A stretch of DNA of 56,687 nucleotides from Octopus bimaculoides (lineage: Eukaryota). The notes under the pieces are model-generated. The model was not told where the DNA came from. It was given only the letters and a program-made list of their open reading frames with translations, and did no database searches. A program made the position numbers and the translations under genes. This document shows positions 38,481 through 51,569 of this stretch, in pieces. The stretch's first letter is position 1; each line of letters starts with the position of its first letter. The DNA lies in contig NC_068982.1 of assembly GCF_001194135.2 (NCBI RefSeq), positions 165,773,699 through 165,830,385 of the forward strand, read 5' to 3'.

Positions 38481-40995
38481 CTAAAATTATTTTGCACACC
38501 ATACAGCATTAATAGCTATCGGCTAATTATATAATCTTAAGTTAAATCTTTAAAATGTATTAATATAATTACTATATATTTATACATACCACATATATAT
38601 ATGTGGAGGGGATGATTGTGTGAGTAATTCTATGTACAATTCCTTTTATGTACAATTCATATCATATCCTTGGTGAACATTTAATAGTGTAATACGAGCA
38701 TATACATACATCTTGCGAGTGCCATGCCTTAGAGAAATGTGAGAATCATACCTTGAAGAAGCACTTGGCTTCGCTAATGTCAGTAAACGATGCTATCTTG
38801 TTGACCAATCATATCACATGACATGATGATAACGCACCACCATAGCTGATATATTTTGCATCCACTAACACTGGCTGTTAGATTTGCACTTTCCCCGTAC
38901 GTAGATATACATGTATGTACATCTACATGTAATTACAGATACAGACGCACACACTCACACTCACATGCATACACTCATCTACCCCACCCCACCACAACAT
39001 ATATATATATATATATATATACATACGTGTATATATATATATGCATATATATACATATATAGGTACATACATACACCTAATACATTTGACTGTGTGCAAG
39101 TATGTACATGTGTATGTGCGTGTATAAACACACACATACACATACACACACAAGCAACAAATATATATAGAGTAAAATGAGGAGGAAAAGAAAGTAAGAC
39201 AAAAGAAAAACTAAAGATGAGAGAAAGAGAGAACGAGTGGAATATATGTAATTTACTTCGTTATCAACTTCAAAGATTAACTATGTGACCACACTATATT
39301 TTGAAGAAACAGGAACAAAGACTAACAAGAAGAGTAGTCAAACTAGACTCTGTATACTTTCATGATGCTTAACAAATAAATTCCCATGTTCTATAACAAA
39401 GAAAAATCAAGCACGTGACTTTCTAGAGTCCAATTTATCTGACAAATATCAACATACATATAGTCTCGACAGATAGCGTTATTCAACATTTCAGCTAATA
39501 GCACTTCTTATCAATGTCGTGATTATTAAGTTAATAATACGTTGATCATGAATGACTTCTTTGAATCTCTATTATTCCCCTCTTCAACTATAAATTCATA
39601 TAAAACATTGACTGTAAGACGTAATATACAAACTATACAATAATGAGAGGCGAAATTCCATTTCCCCTGTTCGTTTAGTCACAGATGGAATTGATAAATA
39701 TTAAGATAATGACCAGTTGCCATGAATAGGAACGTATGCAACCAGAGACTTTATCTAAGTTGATGAGTTCGATATACTACAGAATGGTGGATGTCTCGAG
39801 TAAATAATGAATTATTTTGAAGTGTAGCTAATTATATTTCCTTATAAACCTCACTGTAATTAATGAACTAATGATGAAATGCAATCACATATAGGTGAAA
39901 TACAACAGCAACTTCACAAATGCTTATAATCTGTAATGTCCATCATGTGTTGAGTAAATATATTCAGTACTAAGAAAAGGTGAGTGACACTTGTGATGTT
40001 TATGTCATTTAATTGCACATTAGCATACTAAGTGAGGTACAAGTGTCTGCAGCGGGAATTGAAATATTTTCAAGCAATCAACTCCACGAGTTCTACATAT
40101 TAAATGTTTACAGAGAATATGGGATATTGTGATTAAGTTTCGAGGAAATAATTTTAGTTCTCAAGTTGGAATTTCTGGTATGAACTATAACATTAATGGT
40201 CTTGTAAACATGATTACACCATAAATTTAAATCAATATTTCATATATGTTATAAAGCTGAGATTTCCCGCCTATATAAGTAATGTTGGATAAGTTTGACG
40301 CCAACTAATTTTCGATACATATAAGAAGAATTCAGAAAACTGTTAGAATAACATGATTATATATCAATAATTGCTTTTTCATGTTCAACGTTTTTAGTTT
40401 TGTAAAATGTTTAAAACTCTTATTTTTTACCCCCCCCCCTACCTCTGATTTAAATATCAAAAAGTACTGTGATTATTCTTTCAAGTGCATTAATAAATTA
40501 CTTTATTAATTCGAATTTTTGTTAAGTGTGGAAATATTTCATTTTAAATTACAAGATAAATTGATTATTCTAAAGCACTCAATTTAAATTTTGTACCTTT
40601 TTGTTCAACTTAAATAATAAATGTTAAATTTCTCTAATTTATGTTTCTTTAACGAACATACATTTCCACTTACAGTTTGTCAGGAAAACAAACTTGGAGT
40701 ATTCCATTTCTCCAACTTTTGATCATCACACATAGAATCCATTGTACTCTCTACACAAACTACGCTTTACAAGCTAAAATATCATTTTTGTTGCATCACT
40801 GCATCGTCGTCATGATCATCATAGAGACAAGGCTATGTTAAAAAGTTTGTTTTGTTTTTTTTTTTCAAGGCTTAGAAATGTACTGGTTTTAAAAAAATCT
40901 TGAGAGTATGAACTCCACTTCATGACGTATAAAAAATAAAGCATCTAACCGGAAAGATTTTCAACAATACTTTGCAACCAGCTTCATTTCCACAC

Positions 40996-41026
<31 letters not shown>

Positions 41027-43687
41027 ACATGTATATATATATATATATATCTTTCTCTCTCTCTCTCTCCCTCTATCTCTCTATCTCTCTATATCTCTCT
41101 CTTCACTCGCTCTTTCCCTCTCTCTCTATCTCAGTCCCTATCTCTATCTACCAATCTCTTTTATCGATAGTGCATGTGCTTCTGGTTCTGTCAACTTTTT
41201 CCTAATCCGTACCAACACACGCTATATTCTATTTATATACTTACTACTGTTTATCGGTTTAGCTCAAATGCGTATGATTTTCACAGAGAATGCACGTACA
41301 ACTCGCTTTCCAAAATCTTTGTATCGTGCTTGTGCGCTCTTCTGCAACCAACTTCTCGCTCACATTACTCCAGCAAAAACTTAGCACACTCTAACAGAAA
41401 TATTACCCACATGATCACCACGTTGTTATTATTATCCCCACTTCAAAATTAAGCAACAAGAAAAGACATTTTGGGTTTCAGATAGAAAAGCGTGGGATGA
41501 AAATATTTCACATTGCTTTCATTATTTTTTATTCAGCTATCAGTGTTATACAAATTTACAGCAGTAAATAGGCTGAGGCGATAAGAAATAGGGCTACATA
41601 TATTGTGATATGTAATTTAATTCATCTACATTCTGCATTTAATTGTAACTACTTGCACAGCATTTTTCCTCAGTGCCGGTAAAATTTGTAATGCACTGTA
41701 ATATACTGCGTCGATACAACTTCTTAACTTCACTTGCACAAAATTTTTCATTGTATATAAGTAGTCAATTATAAATACGAACTCTTAAGGGGTATTATAT
41801 GACTTAGGGTTTAGCTTTTATCTTAAGTTCTGAGAATTCCGTCAGGTTTAATTTTTAAACTGTATCCGACTGTGACTGAAAGAACATAGGTATATATTAA
41901 TTTTGTGATTGTAATTTAAATCATAAACACTTTAGCAACAAAACATTGCTTTGTTTGATGTGAAGAAATAAAATTTATAGACAGTCTTAAATTGCGTGAA
42001 GTAAAATGTTGGTAAGCATATTGAAATGCATTTGCTTCTTGGTTTCTATAACGGATTTTAGTTGTTTATAAGAAAAAGGAGGGAGATGAACTGTGTAGCG
42101 TCCATACCTTTCGAAATCTATTAGACGAGATTTCAGGTGATGAAAAGTAATTTTATAATCTTATCTATGAGCCTCTACAAGGGAAAAAGTAAATGAAAAT
42201 TGGTTATGTTACCAGAAAAAATATGAACTTTCAATAGGAGACTAATTTTTAAGACCGAAGTCTTGTAATTATAAAATTTTGAAATTCCAGTATTTGCTTC
42301 CACATGACAATATATTGTCTAGCAAATAAATTCATGTTTCCCTATTTGTTATTCATCAATGGTTCAACGCCCATGCAACTGTGTACATTCTTTGTTCTCT
42401 ACATACCAATAGAATATAAACGGCTTGATATACAGTAGCATACATTCATACATATATTATGTGTATGTATTTGTGTGTGAGGGCATGTGTAAGTTTGCGA
42501 ATATGTATGATTATATTTCCTGTCCTTGTCCTGCATTGTTCCCGAGAGAATAATACTGTCATTCAAGTTTACAACAGCTGTAATGTAATGTATACACGTT
42601 TTAAAGGAGGATTTTTTTCTACACCACTGTTATTTGCTTCAGGGAATTTGTTCAGATATAAAGTGAGGTGTAAAGTCTGACTAGATTTAACTGATGAAGC
42701 ATATTACTCTTTATATCTCGTTAAATTTTTTTTTCTCTATCATACAGAAACTCTTCCAAACAATTATTGCTGTCATTCTATACTTTTCTAAATATCAGAC
42801 AGCAGCTTACTTCCAGAAACATTTCTGTATCACCGATTTTGAACACTATTACATTCAATAAAGCCATTACGACGAAAAAATCAATAAAACATCTGGACTT
42901 GTTTTCAACAGCAACCTGACCTCTCTGCCGTTGCAAAATTCTTTCGTCAGAATGTTTTCCATGAGACCACTGTTGGCCTTTACAGTATCAAAATAAAGAG
43001 GTCATCTTTGAAATGAAGTCTAAGAACATTCAGTTTTTATCATTTTTCTTTGCATTTTATTTATTTGTTATTTATTATTTTGCATCCTCTTCCCCCCACA
43101 AAATTCTCGATTCATCCAATAATAGTGAATACCATTTCGTTTTCGTGTAAAAATGGTTAGGTGCCTGATTCCGCCCTAGAGAAATGCAGCTGACTGTACT
43201 ATAAGTCTATATTATTGAATAAGTTATTGAATAACAAATTATGCCGTGCTATTCTCTAGACATTTCAATTCTTTATCTTCCCTAAACCACCAAAAAGAAC
43301 TGATGATAAGCCAACAAAAATGGATGTACTCCATGTGTTGGTAGTGTTTAATTTGTTTATTCTTATATTAATATTATGTTTGACACAGTTAATTCATGAC
43401 AATTATAAAAGTATTTATTATAATTATATCACCTAAAATCGTCTTTAATTCGGCGTTTTATTTTATCGTTAATATTTTGTGCATTTGTGTCTCAACTCAT
43501 ATTGTACGCCGAGATTAAAATGAGCAATGTTTTATCCTTCACTGCGCATTCAAATTGCTAGAAATTTAAAGTTATATATTACAGCTTTAAGTATCAAGAT
43601 ATTGTAAAGTCAGCGTAATAGTCACTGATTTCATTACATAAATAAAAATAAGAGTGGCTCGGATGTACATGTATCAATATAAATATA

Positions 43688-44370
43688 TCAGCGTGTGAAA
43701 CCCACTGCTTAAGTAACTTTCTAGATATCCTGCTGAAACCCCCTTCGAAATATATCAAAAGTTTTATTAGAGACGATCTAGATATGATAAACCACAAGCC
43801 AAAAGTAATTAATGAAGAGACAATCATGGTTTCCTTCGATGCTGTGAATCTGAACACCAATAAACCACACAACTATGGTTAGAAGTAATGAAATTCTGGC
43901 TGAAAAATTATCCCGATGAACTTCCAAAGCGCATAAGCCAGCAATTTATCCTCCAGAACAATTATATTCTATTTGATGACACCAACTACCGTCAAAAATG
44001 TGGAGTTTCGATGGGAACAAAAGCAGCCCCAGTTCTTGCAAAACTTAATAATGAAATATTTAGAATTAACCATATACAAAGTATCACTACATAAACATGG
44101 ATACCTATTCTAAAATTATATAAGATATCTGGATGAGTCCTTTATCATTTGGAATAAGATCATTGATAAACGTTTTGAATTTAAATCACTACTAAATACT
44201 ATAACTCCAAATATTCAGTTTACAATGCAGTACAGCAAAGAGCAACTGCCATTGCTTGATATTGTGAAAAAAAAAAGTCAACAACCAAATTGAAACTAAT
44301 ATCTATTATAAACCAACGGATTCGAAGTAACACCTTCTGTTTAGTTCATGCCACCCGAAACACATTATCC
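43688..44370 (+). mobile_element. Penelope-like RT fragment
   Basis: LSNFLDILLKP…SFIRDDLD…MVSFDAVNLNTNKPH, YRQKCGVSMGTKAAP, RYLDESFIIW, NIQFTMQYSKEQLPLLDI and YYKPTDS…FSSCHPKH. Confidence 0.9.
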
Positions 44371-44484
44371 CTTAACATATATTAGAAATATATAAATTGT
44401 ATGCATTTTCCTTCTTTTGTTTTATATTTTTTCACTACACTTCACTACGAGAAGAAAATCTCTTCAACGAGATTCTTTACCATT

Positions 44485-44553
<69 letters not shown>

Positions 44554-45722
44554 TTGTATTTATGGAGGCAGTTCTAATGTCGTGAACATCGCTACTCCAA
44601 CGTTCAAACACGTCAATTCTACGGAATCAATATATTTACACTATGCTTTCTATGCGAAGCTATGTTATCACTTGTTGATAAGCATTGTAGTGTGTGTGTA
44701 TGTGTGTGTATTAGTTTATGTATGTGTCTATTTGTGCGTGTGTGTGTGTGTGTGTTAGTTTATGTACGTGTCTGTTTTTTGTGTGAGTTAGCTTGTGTGC
44801 ATGTATTCATGCGTGTCTATATGCGTGCTGTGTGTGTTTGTGGAGGATGTAAACAGGATGTAAAATCTGATTTAGAGTTTCCTTCAATCGTGGGATGAGT
44901 TCAATCGACCAAACGTAGAATGCAGCAACCGTGGAATATCAGGTTATCTGAAAACGTCAGTATATACGGAATATATTTTAAAAAAGTATTTGTTTGGGAA
45001 CACCGATAAAGCACTATCTAATGCTGACATATCTCCCGTTGATACCACTTAGCACCACTTACTCCTATTAAATTGGAATGACCGTACTGAAAATCATTTC
45101 ATCATACACCTGATGGACCATAACTAACTTAGAGCAAAACAACAGCCATAAGAAAAGCAAAATCTTATTGAAACAGTTTATAGCGACTGCAAGTGAAGTA
45201 ACAGTGTCATCGGGCAATACTACAACGAGGGAAGGGACAAGACTAGTGATTGATCGCTCTAGTAGAAATTATATCTACCTATGAGTATGAGAGGAGAAAG
45301 GACATACAAAGTAATCTAGTCCAATATTTGAAAACAAGAGATAAATTGGTCATGGTTAAAACGTTTTTGACGAAGAGTATTCATGATCAGCGTTAGTGGG
45401 GGGGGGGGCTAAAGAACAACAACAATGATGATAACAATCACAAGAACCGAAAAAGCTGTAGTTGGGAGATTAGCAATAAGTGACATTAGAAAATTCTATG
45501 CAGCCGCACTGTAAGTTAGAAACACCAACCAAATTTTGCTGACACCACGCTCTGCTTTCATGAGAAATAAATTAAATGAAACCTAGACACACACTCTTGA
45601 TGAAATAGACTACGGTCGGTGTTGGTATGACTTTGACGACAGTTCTCCTTCATAGGGATGACCCAGGGTTAATCAACAACAAAACAAAAATATACATTTA
45701 AACAACTAATGAAACAACTTAC

Positions 45723-45905
45723 AAGAAAACACGGCAAGAGAGATTTTCAGAACAAACGATAACTGACCAATAAAACAGTGAAAGAATACGCGAAGCTATA
45801 TTTGCTGAGTTGTTCTTTCTACAAGGGTATGTGGATTTGAAGCCAGAAAATGCTATCATCACTTGAAGAATATATAAGTTCTGGATTATGTGGCTTTGAA
45901 TAAAT
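45723..45905 (+). pseudogene. Possible protein-kinase relic (subdomains VIa-VII)
   Basis: RQERFSEQT…*…FFLQGYVDLKPENAIIT*, then NI*VLDY in another frame. DLKPEN is the Ser/Thr kinase catalytic-loop motif, but the flanking similarity is weak. Confidence 0.25.
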
Positions 45906-46206
45906 GTGTGCATATGTATACGGGTATGTGTGGGTGTGTGTGTGTGTATGTATGTGTGCACGCGCACATGTGTGTTTGCGACCATATATGCATATTTCAG
46001 CAGGCGTATATTATCAATTTTCTCTTGTTTTTTACATGGCATTTGAAGATCTAACAGATCCCATTGATCTATTTGGTCCTTCAACTGAATGTAGCTGTGC
46101 ATTCGCATATGTACGTATGTCTCAGTTTGTAGTAGCAAGTGATCCGCTTTTTTTATGCCACTTCTATGCACTTTATTTTTACGCTGCTGAGGTTTTATAA
46201 CTAGCG

Positions 46207-46276
<70 letters not shown>

Positions 46277-46980
46277 CTGAAATAAATATGCTCTGATCGA
46301 AAATTAGCGATATGTAGAAAGTCATACGTTCTTTGTTTCTGCTGAAAGATTTAACGGAATCATGCATGCATACCATACAGAATTCTCACTCATCTTTTAA
46401 CTTGTATATCCTGGATCTCACAGTCTCCCTCCCATTTCAAATAACTGGGATCTCACAATAAACTTTGGTTACTTTGACTACCACTCACTTCACTTCCTCT
46501 TCAATATCAAATTCCCACACTTCTCACATCATATCTTACACTTCTCTCACCATGTTCCCCACTACTCACAGTGTTCTTCTCTACCTCTACCCTTCTCTCC
46601 CTAGAAGTAATCTTTCTTATCAATCTTTCCTCTCTTCTGCAACATTAACCTCCATATTCTCTTACGCAAAAAATGATAATTGTCCAAAACGTTTCATACT
46701 TTCTGGCTCCTTTAAATTTATATTTACAACGAATTTTTAAACATTATAAATATTTCGTATCTGTTATCAACATTTCCGATTACTATATTTGACACTTGAA
46801 AGCATAGCGTATCTCCCAATGGTTTTAAAGGGAAAAGTATATTGAGAAATAGTAACTGACTGTTAAAATCTTAGATATCCTTATAAAGAATATACTTGAG
46901 ATAGCCTCCACTTAAACTTTCATTATATGAAAGTTGTTTCTGATTAAATTACACTGCGTTCAACAGTCTGTTATTTCTCA

Positions 46981-47026
46981 ACCTTGGTGGAATTTGAACT
47001 CAGAACGTAAAGACAGACGGAATACC
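46981..47026 (-). mobile_element. Partial second SINE head joined to the tail of the 47027-47258 SINE
   Basis: ACCTTGGTGGAATTTGAACTCAGAACGTAAAGACAGACGGAATACC repeats 47165-47210. Confidence 0.85.
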
Positions 47027-47258
47027 TATTTCGTTATTGCCCACAAGGGGCTAAACATAGAGGGAACAAACAAGAACAGACGAACGGATTAAGTCGATTA
47101 CATCGACCCCAGTGCGTAACTGGTACTTAATTTATCGACCCCGAAAGGATGAAAGGCAAAGTCGACCTCGGCGGAATTTGAACTCAGAACGTAACGGCAG
47201 ACGAAATACCGCTAAGCATTTTGCCCGGCGTGCTAACGATTCTGCCAGCTCGCCGCCT
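47027..47258 (-). mobile_element. Young, near-complete tRNA-derived CORE-like SINE (resembles octopus OR-type SINEs)
   Basis: Minus strand: TGGCAGAATCG (A box), GAGTTCAAATTCC (B box) and GCCTTTCATCCTTTCGGGGTCGATAAATTAAGTACCAG (CORE-like). Confidence 0.9.
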
Positions 47259-48430
47259 TCTCATCCTCGTGCCACTGTTATATCGTAATACTACACAGTG
47301 GCTGTGTGAGCTGCGAGTCCTCGTCGCCACTGTTATATCTTATCCTCGTCGCCACTGTTATGTCTCAAGCTACTGCTATCTAGCACCTTCGGATGATCTC
47401 TACTCGACTGCTACTCAACAGCTCTACCAACTCCTCTACCACGGCTAGACTACCTCTATTTAAATGTCTTGGGCGATCCTACTTCTTCGCTTGGGGGCGT
47501 CGACACAACACAGTCGAAGCATTTATACGGCGATAAACGCTTATCGATGAATTTAATAACATTTTAGGTATATATAAATCAAATAATCTATTACAAATAA
47601 CCTAACATACGTAAACTAATGCAATAAGTTTTTAATTAGGAGAATCTTATTTAGATAGGTTTATTTGGTTGCTTTTATGTATGAACAACTATCAATCTTA
47701 TAACTTGAAAAAAACTTCATTTTTTTGCAAATATTAAATAGAGTTTATTAAACTGATGTGAAAATAGTTTATTAAAATACTTTATTACTCATTCAGTATA
47801 TAATTATGTAGCAAATAATTTCTTGCTTACTTTGATAAAACTAGCCAAATGTATGTAGTTCGCCTCTTTCATAAATTCTTGCTAGAAGCCAAAATTTTAA
47901 TCTTAGGATTTTGACAAGTCACAAGTTGAGGCAAAATCGAATTGGAGTGTTTGATTTGTATATGTTTTTCAAATATAATTTTTCCACGACCACCACGGGG
48001 AAAACAGGTAATTCTTCGGTGATTTAACATCTCACCTCACGAACTGCTTTTCAATAAACGTTTAAAATGCATCTACTTTAAGCACCTGGTGCCATTCCTA
48101 AAAGCAAGAATATCATTGTATTACAATCTCCTTTAACATTATGCTATATTCCATAGGAGGCTCTTTGTCAACGCTACATGCTGTAATTTTATGGCATTGA
48201 TGTTGTTATTCTTCTTGCTTAACATCTAGGTCAATCCTGATTAAGCATATATATGATCAAAGGCATTCCAACTGTAACCGCCTTGTCATTTTGGTGAGGG
48301 ACGTCTTGAGCAACATTGCCTCATGTTCAAGATCTTAAAAGAACGTTTAGTCTAATATTTCTAATAAATCAAGTGATCATATAAAGGCTCCGTCGTTGAC
48401 TTCTTCCTACAGTAGTCGTATAGGCTGGTG

Positions 48431-48810
48431 GGGGCACAATGGCCCAGTGGTTAGGGTAGCGGACTCGCGGTCGTAGGATCGCGGTTTCGATTCCTAGACC
48501 GGGCATTGTGAGTGTTTATTGAGCGAAAACTCCCAAAGTTTCACGAGGCTCCGGCAGGAGATGGTGGCGAACCCTGCTGTACTCTTTCACCACAGCTTTC
48601 TCTCACGCTTTCTTCCTGTTTCTGCTGTACCTGTATTTCAAAGGGCCAGCCTTGTCACACTCTGTGTCACGCTCAATCTCCCTGAGAACTACGTTAAGGG
48701 TACACGTGTCTGTGGAGTGCTCAGCCACTTGCACGTTAATTTCACGAGCAGGCTGTTCCGTTGATCGGATCAACTGGAACCCTCGTCGTCGTAACCGACG
48801 GAGTGCCAAC
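48431..48810 (+). mobile_element. tRNA-derived SINE, ~380 bp, with unassigned body
   Basis: A box TGGCCCAGTGG, B box GGTTTCGATTCC and a GC-rich body ending GACGGAGTGCCAAC. Confidence 0.75.
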
Positions 48811-50083
48811 CATATAGGCAGACATGATGATGTCACTGGTAATCGAGAGATCAGAAGAACAATAAGTCATGTTCTATAAATGGCGTTTCATATGTACATC
48901 AAAACTTCTCAATTTAATTAAAAACCGGTGACAGGTCAACAAGATTACTATGCAGCCACGCATAAATAATAGTACCGAAATCTCGTTTATTCCGTTCATT
49001 TTAGCTAAACGAAAACGTTACACAAAAGTATAAAATATCAGCTACCTACTTTTCATAAGTCTACTTCATCAGAGACCACTGTGATTAAACACCAACATTA
49101 ATAACTGTTTAGAAGAGTTTCTCTACCCCGTCACTCAACTAACTACAACTAACCAAATCTACAAACCATTTCCCAGCGTACCGTCTTATATAATCTGAAG
49201 ACTAGAAGGATACGTTAAATAATGTAATCCTAAGTATCCCCACCACGAAATGTCGAAAGGGTCGTGGCTGAAATGTTTTTGATCACATACGTGTTGGGTT
49301 ACAATTCACATGGGCCAAACAACCACAACCTATACACGAAGTTAAATTCATTAGAGCAATCTAATGAAACACTAAATGTTTTATATACTGTTACAAATTA
49401 AATGTCTTAACCTATCGGTGGAGTGTATATTATTTTGATTAATCGTTCAACTGCGACTTTAAACAATGAATTATTTCTTTTTGTCTAACTCATAACTGAA
49501 ATACTAAAGGTGGGGTTCATACTCTTTTGAAGCGTGGTAAATGAAGTTGACCAAAGTCATAGGAGTTCTACATCTGAATTAATAGACGTTAGGCGTATGT
49601 GTAAGTGTGACTATACTTACGCAAACACTTGCGCGGGCACACATATATACATAGCATACACACACGTAAGTACGTAAAATGAAAGTATCAATCTATAAGG
49701 TTTAGAGTGTTTAGTGAAAAGCTAAGATTGTTAAAACTGAGATTTTTAGACAGTTATAGTAATGGGAATCAAATAGCTAGATAAATAAAGAGGTGAAAAT
49801 TTTACGAGTGGATGAAGAATGAGAGTATCAGAATACAAAACTAGGAGGGTTTAATAAAGAATTTCTGTTCCAGACAGTTCATAAATATTTAAGTGCTTAA
49901 TGTGTCCATCTTGCACAAGATAGAAATAAAGGAGCACACACATACACACACGCACACACACACACGCATACACACACACACACACATACACTCACATACA
50001 CACATGCATGCTGCGCATGCTTATATACTTCGGTACATACAAACATAACTACACGTACACACACACATACACACAAAGAGCTG

Positions 50084-50140
<57 letters not shown>

Positions 50141-50141
<1 letters not shown>

Positions 50142-50380
50142 AGAATTTCTAACTTCCGGTCAGCCATTGTTATGATCGGCCATTATTATGATTGACCGTT
50201 GACTGAACACTATTCAATTTTTTTTCTCCGTGTTTTTCTCCTTGTCTCCGTATTCTTTCTGTTGAAGAGCGTAGCTCGAAACGTCAAAGACTTTCCGTAT
50301 TCCCGAGCGTCATACTAATATATACTTTTGTTATTTACACCACCTGTCCTCGTCTGTTGTTATTATTTGTATATTCTCCC
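50141..50380. mobile_element. 240-bp insert flanked on both sides by (GATA)n; possible Penelope-type terminus
   Basis: (GATA)n at 50084-50140 and 50381-50435. Motif TTCTGTTGAAGAGCGTAGCTCGAAACGT is also present, inverted, at ~19745-19778. Confidence 0.55.
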
Positions 50381-50436
<56 letters not shown>

Positions 50437-50802
50437 GCAAGGTACAAACATAATGTGTATGACAACTGACACGCGCCCGTGATATTTCCAAGCGTTACAA
50501 CTCGTATTCAGTTTTAAATAAATTATTATACTTTTCCGTTCCCATGTCAACGCTAATGCTTTCATTATTATCATACATATTCTAATCAATGTTTTTATTT
50601 CTTTATATTTGTTTATATTTATTACAAACTATTGAATTGGCCATAACTCCCTCCCTTCTGAAGCTCTAACACTGGTTTTACGTGATATATTGCAATTTTC
50701 GCACATTTGGAGTTATTTTTCCTTAGAGACTTCTTCATTACTTTAGCGTCAGCTTTTAAAATTCACGCAACGCTTTAGACAATCCTCCGAATATGTCAAA
50801 TG

Positions 50803-50969
50803 CATACATACGTACATACATGCATACATACATACATACATACATACATACATACATACATACATACATGCATACATACATACATACATACATACATACA
50901 TACATACACACACGCACCCACGCACACGCATGCATACATACATGCATACATACATACATACATACATAC

Positions 50970-51000
<31 letters not shown>

Positions 51001-51005
51001 CATAC
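50803..51005. repeat. (TACA)n microsatellite
   Basis: Directly visible. Confidence 0.97.
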
Positions 51006-51569
51006 GTACAAATTATGTATAATATCTATGGTGCAATTATGCAGTTTTAATGTTTATACGCTCGAATTATTGGAGCCCAAATGGTGATCAATTAGATCGG
51101 AGATAAACAAGTCGTAAACTACGATTACTTTAATTAATAAAAGATTGTAGCGGCAACTAAATTCTCTTTTGCGTTGGCTATATGAGAAACGTACCATTAG
51201 CTGTCTTAATAAACCAATGATGAATCATTGTGTTTTTCACACGTTCATTTGTCTATACTGCTAATTATAAAGTACAATTTTACACGAGCCCTCCCTGTTG
51301 AAAATACTGTTCTAGAAACAATATTTCTCTACGTCTGCTGGGAATAATAATCGAGATATAGTTATTATATTTCATTTTCAATCTTTCTTATTGACTTCAG
51401 AACTGTATGTTTCTGTATCATATTGTTATTGGACAAATTTATACTATAGCTAACCTAAATTCGAAAGAAGTTTATATATTTGAACTTCGTACGTCATAAA
51501 ACAATGTGGTTTATGATATTTCGAGCGATAGTCTTCTCTGGTGAGGCCGGACATTTGAAAATTAATGCG

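Noticed and set aside
47263-47365. Repeat-spacer-like triplet resembling a CRISPR array
   Set aside because: Only three ~20-bp repeats with very unequal spacers (~33 and ~5 bp), eukaryotic context and no cas genes.
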